A stretch of DNA of 62,873 nt, counting the filler, from Atractiella rhizophila (Eukaryota), in assembly GCA_021432655.1 (NCBI GenBank). It is 4 parts of 4 records of this genome, joined end to end, with 100 filler letters (N's around TTAATTAATTAA, not from the genome) between each part and the next. Parts side by side here need not be neighbours in the genome. Positions count along the whole stretch, not along the records: positions 50,833 to 59,866 come from MU271841.1; positions 59,967 to 62,873 come from MU271855.1; 2 more parts are not named here. One strand, 5' to 3'. Position numbers and translations under genes: made by a program. Positions 53,353-62,873 of the stretch are shown here, piece by piece. Below the pieces are notes generated by a model that saw only the letters and a list, made by a program, of their open reading frames with translations, was not told where the DNA came from and made no database searches. The first letter of the stretch is position 1; every line of letters begins with the position of its first letter.

Positions 53353-54338
53353 TCTTAATGCATTCTTCGTCTGTCCCTCTAACTCTCTGCCATTCGAGTG
53401 TGGTTTCTACGTGACCTCCATTCCCTCCAAGTCTGTCAAGTTTCACGCCTCTCAACGAGTTGGTGTCATATCCTGCTTCGAAATAAGAAGCAGAACACAC
53501 AAAGGAGACTTCGATAGTCCAACCTTTCAATTTTTCATTTTCGACATTTTCAAGGTTGAGCAGAAGGTTTCAGCTCAGTTCGCCATTGACCAATGCCTGA
53601 CGAACCCTAAGGACAAAGATGTTCTTAACATCCACCGTCTGACCTTTCCGTGCAGTTTCCCTGTCCTGTTCATACTTGTTCCTTCCCCGAGTGGCGAATT
53701 CTCTCGATTCTGGTGTGCCTTACAGTCAGCTTACGCTGGCTGATGCGAGACTGCTCGATGCGCTCGACTGCTGTGACGTTCTGTAACGACGCCCAGATCG
53801 TGGCATGGTCTGTTCTAACTTTGGCCAGTCCAAGGAGTGACGTAAGCGGATGAGTTTCCCATTATGCATTATGACCTTCACGTTCAGTCAATATAAAGGA
53901 CTAGGGAGTCGATGGGTCATGTCTTCGAATTCTGCTTCGGATTCAAGTTGAGGTTCTTCCCAATTCCATCTGCTTCACGACTAAGTCTGATTTTACATTA
54001 CCTGAAAAGCTTGTGTACGACGAAGGTACTAGAGATGGCTGAGTTCGTCATGTGTAATCCGCTCTCTCTTGTATGTCCTATTCTGTTTGTCGTTGAGTCT
54101 ATCCCATGGTGTCCTGAACCTGAGTTTGATGACTTTAAGCTGAACTTCTTCGAAGCAGCGAAACGGAATTGAGTCTGCCAGTACGAGGACACCTCAGGCT
54201 CCCCACGGCCTTTTATCAGCTCCACCCTCTAGGCCGTCGTCCGGATCATCCTCCTACTTCACCTGTAACTCCCGATTCATCTCCTCTTCCACAACTCCAA
54301 TCCCCAAGCCGGAACATCGAGTCCTCAATGGACATCCT

Positions 54339-54953
54339 TTGGCTCCATCCGCCCTGATTGGAAAGACGATCATAGGGCACTACGACTGCGCGTACATTTC
54401 ACCAAGCGCCACGAAGAAACAGGATTCCATTCTCATCTTCTTCTCCGATCTCACCGCATTCCACATCGTCACCCCACACCATTTTATCCTCGACCTCTCT
54501 CCATCTCTGGACGATGTCCTCTCTGAAATTTCGCCCTTCGGTCCTAGGGCAGAAGGGATGGTCGTCTCCCACTGCGCGGTAGAAGAGATTGACGTCCTTC
54601 GCCGTCGAGCGTTGACTATGCGTTTGACCTATCCGCTCCTGCCCATGCTCCGCGCCACTGCTTCTGGGACAAGAACAAAGCCCGTGCTTGGGTCTATCAG
54701 CTCCGTACCCAGAATCGATGAAATTGGGCCCGAAGCCGATGAGTTCTGGAGCCCACCCTTGATCGTGGAGGTGGACTATAAGCATGGACTCGAGAGGGCA
54801 TGGATGGAGAGGGAGGCCATGGAAAAGTGTTTGGGAATGAAGTTGAGCGCCGAATTTGGTGTGTACCGATCCTTCTTGAAGGCAGGTTCAATTAACCTAG
54901 ATACTACAGATGAAACCAACCTCTCCTGTTGGCACTGTCTTCCTCGTCGCTGA
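54339..54953 (+). CDS. Hypothetical protein (start and exon structure unresolved)
   Basis: 204-aa open frame with globular-looking composition; no recognisable motif. Confidence 0.35.
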   Translation: MAPSALIGKTIIGHYDCAYISPSATKKQDSILIFFSDLTAFHIVTPHHFILDLSPSLDDVLSEISPFGPRAEGMVVSHCAVEEIDVLRRRALTMRLTYPLLPMLRATASGTRTKPVLGSISSVPRIDEIGPEADEFWSPPLIVEVDYKHGLERAWMEREAMEKCLGMKLSAEFGVYRSFLKAGSINLDTTDETNLSCWHCLPRR

Positions 54954-55188
54954 GCAATGATCATTGATCATTCACTTTCTATGCATGACTGCGACTTTCA
55001 GGTGGTCTATTCTGTGATCCTTAAGTTCGCAACGCCTCTTCAATCAATCATCCAGGTTCGGTACTGATATTAAAGCAACAATGAAGTTGTCATTTTACAC
55101 TGAGTTCGCAGTGTCAATATCTTAGCAATATGTACATAAACATGCGCATCTACAGTCAATCTACCTCCATTTTGTTTTGTTATGCGTT

Positions 55189-56616
55189 CTATTCTCCTTT
55201 GTTACCCTCAGCCTGAGCAAGCAACACCCTCGTCCGATCCCAAACGGCATCTCCCTCCATATATGCACCTTTCAGCCACCTCCCCTTCTCATCACCAGAC
55301 TCGCCATCGAAATCGAACGCAGTTCTCGCATGCAACACCCTCCTATTATCAAACGCAACCAGGTCTCCCTCCTCCAACTGAACCTCATATCTCATGCCTT
55401 CCTCCTCCACCAGCTTGGTGAAAGTGCTCAGGGATCGATGAAGGGACGCCAGTTGGGAAGGAGTGTGATGCCGAAGCAAGAGGGGGGATTGGAATGGCGG
55501 AGCATAATTCACGGCGAACAACTTCGGCGGGATCGGGTCTCCTCCTTGCGTGACAGGAGGGGTATTGGGATCCAATTCGAAGACAGGATGCTCCCACCGC
55601 GTATGATGTCCGTTGTTCCGATACTCGAAGCCCATTTTGGTCCTACTCAGAACGTCAAAGCGCCTCCTCCACTTCTCGTCTGCCCACATCCTCTCGGCCG
55701 CTTTGAAGGAGTCAACAAAGTACGATCGGCCACCTTTTATGCCTCGGTTCTTGAGACAGTGCAAGAATTGGTATCGAGGTGGGTTCTGAAAGTGCACCAG
55801 ATCCATGTGCAGTCCCAAGTCTAGGTTGGTGTTCGCTACATTCTTCGTGTCCTTCTTCTCGTCCCTCACGTCCCACAGGTCACCATACCAAGTCCTCCTC
55901 AGCTCGCCGATGGTCTCTACCACGTTCCTCAGCTCTGTGTGGACTCCTTCCTTTTCTTCGGTGGGAACGCCGGTGAGGAAGACGAGGCCGTACCTCGTGA
56001 GCTGTTGGAGGAAAGGGAGCGGATCGGACTTGTAGCTATCGTACGAGATGGCCTTGTGTTTTCCTTCCCCTATGAACTTGGAAAGGTCCCAAGTGATGGC
56101 TTCCAACTGATCGAAATAATGCAGCTTGTCCCATCCCTCCCTGGTCGCATAATCCCTCAAAAAATCGAGCGGAAGCTCGCTCTCCACGCTCTCTCCCTCC
56201 CATCGTAGTCTGAGCGCTCCATCGACCACCTTCGCCTGCGACAGGTTGAGTTCAGGCGAGATGGCGGTGGTCTGGAACGTCTTTTGTTTGGTGAGCGGAT
56301 GGAAGGAATGCTCCGATCGATCAGCGTCCCGAAGGAAGAGGAAGGGGAAAGAAGCGTTGTGGAGCGAGTGCGCGGGAGAGTTGAGCACGATCGACTTTGC
56401 GTGGTGGGAGATGCTGATCTCGACTTCGTTCTCAGTGCCATCTTGGACTTGGACTTGACTTTGTCGCTGAGGAGTCACGGAGAGGAAGCGACTCTGTTGC
56501 CGCGTGCTATCGATTTGATCAGCACAAGGCTAAACAGAGCAGAAACAAAAACAATACGCTGGGACCCGAAAGGCAGAGATAAAAGCCCTCTTGCCTCTGC
56601 AAATTCCGGCAGACAT
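55189..56616 (-). CDS. Mitochondrial gamma-butyrobetaine/trimethyllysine dioxygenase-like 2OG-Fe(II) oxygenase (TauD/Aim17 type)
   Basis: Presequence exon MSAGICRGKRAFISAFRVP; FLRDA...HPLTKQK; YGLVFLTGVP; NVANTNLDLGLHMDL (HxD); FDNRRVLHARTAF; RWLKGAY. Confidence 0.88.
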
Positions 56617-57035
56617 CGTTGCTAATTGGCTGATTTCAACCCATACTGTGAATACTAGTACCCCGTTCATGTGTATGTACTCTCACGTGACAGCGGTCGA
56701 CGCGTCCCATCGACCATCCCATTGATCGTGTTCTCTTCCTTCTCACAGAGATGAAGGCCAACTTCAGCGCGACGACGTTTGCTCAGGATTCTCGTATATG
56801 TCACGCGGGTTTCGGAGGCGGAATTCTATCGGACGACTGGGATGTCGGGACGCAGAGGCGGGACGCAACTTTCAGCCCTTCCTCCACGTCCCGACATCTC
56901 TGCTCGCTTAAATAGAGAGGTCTTAGGAACTGCCAACCCAGGGAGTACAACCATCCACATTGCCTGACTGTCGAGTTTCGAGCTTCTCCAACTTCAGCTT
57001 TCGCGTTTCTTCTGCTCAAGTACTGCACGTCAGCC

Positions 57036-57976
57036 ATGTTTTCAAAGATCTTTTCCCTTCGCTTCTTCGCCTCCGCCGGCCAACGCCTCACACATCCTCG
57101 CTCTTGTCTCTCAGATATCCAGCAAGCGCCGCATCCTGCTGCCGTCCAAAGGATTTACATGCCTGGTGAGTTCCTCTCTATCATTATCAATGGGGCAGTG
57201 GATTGAATCGTACCGGTATTTGCAGAGGGATCCGCCGAGGAAGCGCTGAGGACGCTGCTGGAGAAAGCGACGAAGTTGGAACAGGTACAACAGAGAAAAC
57301 GCGCTCCGGTGAATGAAGATGAGGTTTGTCGCTCTCCTCCACCCCGTTGGCTGTAGCTAATTCATCGCAGAGCACGGAGGAAGTCGACGACGCTTCCGGC
57401 TCCAGATTCTCTACCAAGAGCACGTCCTCGTCCATCCTTTCAACGGTGTCCGCCAGCTCAATCTTCAGCGCCGTCTCGACGACCTCGTCCACTGTGCTAA
57501 CGGCAGCATCGAGCACAACCTCCATCGTCTTCTACGGCGTCACCGGCACGACCTCAATCGTCTTCTACGTCGTCACGAGCACCATTTCCTTCCTTTTCTC
57601 CATGATCAGGCTGCCGTCGAAGGTGTCCAATAAGCTTTCCGCCTACTACAAAAAGGCCAACATCGGATGCAACCACGTCATTCTGCGCGTCAGCACCTTC
57701 ATCGATCCTAACTCTCCTCTTACCGAGTGGGCCGAAAGGAGAGCGAGAAACCTGGCTCGTGCTCCCTTTCGCGAAGGTGGAATGATAATCACTGTGTGGG
57801 AAGGGGAGCGTTTGGATTGGCCAGAGACCTTCGAGCGAATCTTCGATTGGATCCTGGAGGTACTCCTGACCTTTGTGGTGAGAGAGTTGGAGTTCGTCTT
57901 GGTTGGAGTCGGCTTTCTGGACCATAAGGGTGAACGTCCTTTGAGGTCTCATCTTGATTACTACCCGTACCAGTGA
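57036..57976 (+). CDS. Hypothetical protein with Ser/Thr-rich 11-residue repeats
   Basis: Three-exon model with canonical GT-AG (MFSKIFSLRFF...MP|EGSAEEALRTLLEKATKLEQ|STEEVDD...); repeat TTSIVFYGVTG/TTSIVFYVVTS. Confidence 0.5.
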
Positions 57977-59866
57977 ACGCTATTATAATACGACTCATGA
58001 TTTATGCGTTGCTTGGGATGTTTGTGTACGAAGTCACTTCGCTTTTGAGAATCCATTGGGTCCCTTGGTTGTTTGATCGTGTTGTTTGGCTTGTGTTCGA
58101 GATTGAAATATCGATTTTCTGTTATGAGTAATTTACCAGTATAAAATACACGATTCATACGTTCGAATGACAATGACATCTCCGAATTCGTTCTTCTTCT
58201 TTTAACCCATTCACCACTACCGCTGCTGAACGCCTCACGAACTCTCCCATAGGGATTGCAACAAGCTCACTTATGGAATCGAGCAGTCATAGGAGTGCTC
58301 CTCTCACTCAATTCTCGCGCGTCCAGTCTTAGACGTCCGCCTACTCCAGACACTTGTGTGTCAATCATCTAGGAGATGCTCGAGTCGTTAGAGGTGAGCT
58401 TCCTATGCTTTTCTAGCGGATTAGACCTTAATTATCTCTCCAGCGTGTTGATGACGACGGGATCCTTTATGATCGCGACCTCAATGCCCTCTCCAATCAA
58501 GTTTATGCAGTTTTACGTTCGGAATATGACTGTTAGTGGACAGACGAGGATTTTCAAGGTCCGGGGAGAGGTCCTCTGTGCTCATACCTCAAGAACCCTC
58601 TGCCATCCCTTGCGTCTGCCTCATCTTCTAACCCTGGAAAGGATTCAACAGGCACAGAGGTTCCAGAGCACCAGCTGCTTCAGTGAGAGTCTTTCGTGCC
58701 TTAACGGGATCCAAAAGATGCAAAAAGTGAGTTGCAGACGGCAACTATTTCCCTGTCCTAGCCCCTAAACGCCAAACGGGCCTTAAACTTCGTCAACATA
58801 AATGCCACCTATTTCCCTGCTTCCCTTTACTGCATGTATGCGGCACAGGTATAGTTATAGTTGTAGCTCCGTAGAAAATGGCACATGATTGGTTTGGATG
58901 GAGACCCTCATCAGAATTCAGGCAACTCAAAGTACTGCTTGTGTAGCTGTAGCTCACTCAGTTCCCGAATCTCCACAGAGAGATCCATTCTGACTCGCCG
59001 AATTTTGGGCTTGAGCCGCGCCACAACTCAAGCCACAAAACCTCTTCCGAGTCGGATTCACGGAAACACTCCTGATATTTTGTGATTCCATCGCCATTCC
59101 AACTTGAAGAGGATAGATACAGGCATCACAGGAAGAAAGGATTACGGGGCTCTTCGTTCAAGAAAGTGCTCGAACTGCCGCGGTCCTTCTCCGAGTTGGA
59201 GCCGCTTCATAAACTAAAGGTCGCCAGGTAGTTGATTGATCTACGTAATCACCTGTATATTGATTTTCCTGACCTAACAGTGACTGGAAGCTCTCAAGTC
59301 GGCCAAGATCGCCATTGCTTATTACTAGTTATTAAAAGACTTCCCTTTAGCGGCCTCCTTCAGGGTACTACGAGGGAAATTTAAGGTAACTATAACCGGG
59401 GAATAGCTTAACGCGCTTTTAGAGTAAGACGTGCAGGTCAGTAGCTACCCAGCGATTTCTCTCAGCACCCCGAATGCTTTTAAGACGCTGTCTTGATGTC
59501 AGTCCGCAGTCAAACACACTCTCTTTGTTCCTAGTGTGGAACATATATAACCAAAGGCACAGTTGAAAAGTGTGGTTAGTCTACTGACGTGATACCTTCA
59601 TCCTTGACGTGTTTCTGACTGACTCCCACGGTAGTTGTAGCTTCTAGTGCCGATACTAAAAGACGAGATGGAGAAATCGACAGATTCGGTCCGTCTTTCT
59701 TGTATGTGTGTAGCAAGAAGGGTAAGTATAATTATAGATAGGTTTTAGAGTTTCGAAATAGCTTAGATACACGAGAGGAACTAGACGTTCACGCCGAGGC
59801 TTCCTGACTATTACTCCTATAGTCTATAGCGATCCTCTCTCGGACTCTCTGTGAGGAGTGGAAAAA

Positions 59867-59966
59867 NNNNNNNNNNNNNNNNNNNNNNNNNNNNNNNNNN
59901 NNNNNNNNNNTTAATTAATTAANNNNNNNNNNNNNNNNNNNNNNNNNNNNNNNNNNNNNNNNNNNN
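59867..59966. other. Artificial contig-joining spacer
   Basis: 44N-TTAATTAATTAA-44N. Confidence 0.95.
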
Positions 59967-62834
59967 ACCTAGAATATCCGGCGTTCTAGATAGCCCATCG
60001 TCGCGACCATAAGGACGAATACCTCGGCTAGGTAAATGCCCATACTAATAAATGGCTTCCAGTGTATGGATCGGCACCATAACGAGACGTTGTTCCAGCC
60101 TGTGCAGTGCTTTGAGGCTGATATCGTGTAGCGCCTGTGTATTACCGATGTTTAGCTTCTTATTGATACAATTGTGAGACCCTCACCTGTGTACGGGTCA
60201 ACAAAGGCATTATTTGTAGAACCTATGTTGACACCAGCTGTATTTTTCTCAATAAATTGCACGACTTGATCGATGTACCCTAATGGGAGTTCGTTCGTCT
60301 GGAGGAATCTTTGAGCGGCACTGTAAGGATTTTCTACGTTCCAACAGCGTCGAATGAACAAGAAACGTTCCCCATTCAAGAAGATAAACGAACCGCTCGC
60401 ATTATAAGGTAGCTTTAAAGGTGGTGCACCTTCTTGAATGTCCACGTCAAAGACGTAATCGTATTCTACGCCATTGTAGAGCTGTTTCCGACTAGATCCT
60501 ACTGCATCAACGACGTCTCCGATTTTCTGCCACGACCGTGTCGCAGAAGACCACTGGATGATGGAATTAACAAAGAGATTCCCATCTCGTACAGAATGGA
60601 TGGACACACCTGATGTGCTTCAACTGCGCCGGCAGCATTCTTCACCATCTTCACCTGTCCCTCTTTTGTTCCTAACTCTCCTCATCAATCGCACTGGTTT
60701 TCCAAGATGGGGGAACCCACCCGGTTGATTTAACACCTCCAAACCTGGCAAATCAGTTTTCTTCAAATCACCAACTTGCGTCCTTCGCAGGCAATATCAT
60801 CAGTGCGCAACGCCTACGAGTGCTAAGAAGTAACCCTTAAGAACGTACGAATTGATTCCAACCTTGGCTACTTCTTCATCCCACTCCTTTAACCTGGCTG
60901 GACTCTCCCATCTCCTATGCTCGCTACTGAAGATCCTTACGAAGCCATCAGATGATCCAGCAACAATATCGTTCTCCTTCGTTACGGCCACGGACCAGAT
61001 GGAGAGACATGGGAAGGTGATGACTTGTGTCTGGGTACCATCGAGTGCTGCGTCCATCAGAAGTGATGAAACAGAGAACTAGAACGAGTAGAGAGGGAAG
61101 TGAGGGACAAACCGTTCCATATCCGCACTGTCCTATCTTCACCGCTGCTGACCAGGTCGCCTGTCGAGAGCGAAGCAAGAGAGTAGACGAAAGACTCGTG
61201 TCCCTCCAGGACAGAGACGGAGTCTCCACCTATCGTCCACAGGCGGATAGTACTTGGGGCCAGGGAATCAGAAGGGAGAATAACAACCAGAACTGGAGAC
61301 ACACGCATCATTCCCTGCACTGGCAAACATCTCTCCGCCTCCAACATCCGGAGATAGCAACGTCAACGCCCGAACCGCCTCCAGCCGAATCAGTCTCTCA
61401 TCATCTTCAGGCGAAATGACGCACCTGTTCATGTCCCTTATACGTCCTCACCTCTTTTCCATCCTTCCAAAGTTTTATAAGATTGTCGGCAGCACCAGTA
61501 AGGACGCTCCCATCCTCCAAGATCTGGACGGCCCACACAGCTTGCTTGTGTCCTTGTAACGTATATAGACATTCCCACGTCGAGGTGCTCCAGACTTTGG
61601 CGCTCATATCCCAGCTGCCGGATGCAACCAAAGACAGGCCGGAATGGACAGAGAGACAGCACACGTTTGAACCATGTCCTACTAATGCGTGCGTGGGAGT
61701 TGGACCGCTCGCAGGTGGTGGGTATGGCCAGGCTTGGATCAGCGTGTCCCGACCAGATGTTAGGAGGTAGCCTGATACTCAATCGTTAGCATTCATTCTT
61801 GAAGTCACTGACGCAACAGTCCGATGAGAGATCAATTCATCCACCGAGACACCAATAATAAACAATAAATCTTGGCCCATACGCAATTTCCAGGTCAGAT
61901 TCGAAAGTGATACTATGACATTTAGAGTAATCATCTGATGGTGTGGACAACAAAATTGTGCAGGGTCACTGAAGGTTTCATTTGGCAGTCAACCCTCCTG
62001 GCAAAAAAAATATGGACTAAGCTACTAGGTATTAAACCAAGTATCACATCTCTCATTACCAAATTATATCAAACGAGGTATCAGACCAAATCGTACCTCT
62101 TGTCTGTCAAATGATAAAGAATCAATCTATCGCACATCATGGCTTTAAGGTCTCGATGGCTGGGATGAGAATCAAAGATATTTGGTTTTATAGGAGAGAC
62201 TAGGCTGGTCATGGGTTTTCAATGGTCACCTTGTTTAATTCGAAAATTCTAAGATTGTTATGGGACTTCATCATGTCATGTCAAACTTGATGGCACCAGA
62301 TGTAAATTCTGATGTCATCGGAACATTAACAGTTTTAAGAATATGACGACCAGCAGGCTGTAGCTTTCATGGCTACCATTGAAACCTATCTATCTATCCT
62401 GATCGAAGAGAAACAAAGCAACACCTTCACAGATGCTTGCTTGTCCATCAGCTGTTGCGTAGCCGGAACTATCATCACCAATTATAGCAATAAACAAGCA
62501 AAGAGTCTCACTTATAGGACGTTTCGAATACGAAAGAAAGGCGATTACGACGCGTTTCCCTGAGCTCACAAACAGAACGCACACCTTCCCTTCCATCCTC
62601 CCGACTATCGAGCCACGCAACCGCATTAACGAATCCATCGTGTCCAACAAACTCCCTATCCACATTCCACGCTCCTTCAGACCCTCCATCGGCGGCATTA
62701 GCTCTCACGATGCTCTTTGCGGTTGCATCTCTGCTGGCTGAGAACGCGGTGGCTGGAGCGATCGAATGGGGGGAGGCCACTGCTCGCACGTCGGAAGAGT
62801 GTGGGCGTAGCGACGAGGAGAGCTTGAATGTCAT
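59967..62834 (-). CDS. DOA1: Doa1/Ufd3 (PLAA) WD40-PFU ubiquitin-homeostasis protein; PUL domain lost at contig end
   Basis: FKLSSSLRPHSSDVRAV, GHDGFVNAVAW, SGSWDMSAKVW, GHESFVYSL, SSGEDRTVRIW; PFU domain (WQKIGDVVDAVG...YDYVFDVDIQEGAPPLKLPYN...NPYSAAQRFL...DPYTG). Confidence 0.94.
61811..62460. mobile_element. Putative non-autonomous DNA element (MITE-like) inside DOA1 intron 1
   Basis: AT-richer 650-nt segment within an 813-nt intron, bounded by the inverted repeat ACGCAACAG(tccgatg)...(catcag)CTGTTGCGT; no long ORF. Confidence 0.45.
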
Positions 62835-62873
62835 CTTTTCTGCTCTGCTTCCCGATTATCTGTCAATCAAGTT

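Noticed and set aside
55177..55824. 215-aa + strand ORF
   Set aside because: Antisense shadow of the dioxygenase gene.
58376..58768. Possible small three-exon gene (MLESLE|RVDDDGILYDRDL...)
   Set aside because: Splice sites are plausible but the product is about 74 aa with no homology cue; insufficient support.

Overview
Gene-dense, intron-rich eukaryotic DNA with introns mostly about 45-60 nt. It is fungal and most likely basidiomycete (inference from a CRIB-containing WASP, the form of Spo7 and the intron style). The window is not one locus: three identical 100-nt artificial spacers (44N-TTAATTAATTAA-44N at 25330, 50733 and 59867) join four separate contigs, and there is one plain N gap (10341-10597). 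About 33 protein genes or fragments and one intron-containing tRNA-Ala(UGC) are supportable. Most are housekeeping: Knr4/Smi1, GNAT, UMP-CMP kinase, GH27, two amidohydrolase paralogs, CHFR-like RING ligase, Spo7, RRP9, RRP45, RPS11, PTR2 fragment, MID1, cupredoxin, DAHP synthase, beta-carbonic anhydrase, IPK1, YFH7-like kinase, SEN54, M43 metalloprotease, WASP, UBC13, PRP4, BBOX-like dioxygenase and DOA1. The most striking observation is a ~2.02-kb tandem duplication (41637-43657 / 43658-45676). Its junction creates an intact, in-frame chimeric gene: the SEN54 promoter and N-terminal ~126 aa fused to the zinc-binding C-terminal ~104 aa of the neighbouring M43 metalloprotease, with both parent genes left intact. 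Other leads are a CHFR-like ligase with a PBZ-type motif, three oversized introns (one bounded by an inverted repeat, MITE-like) and three identical ATG-GCA-TGA motifs upstream of DAHP synthase. Coordinates and splice models were read by eye and may be off by a few nt.
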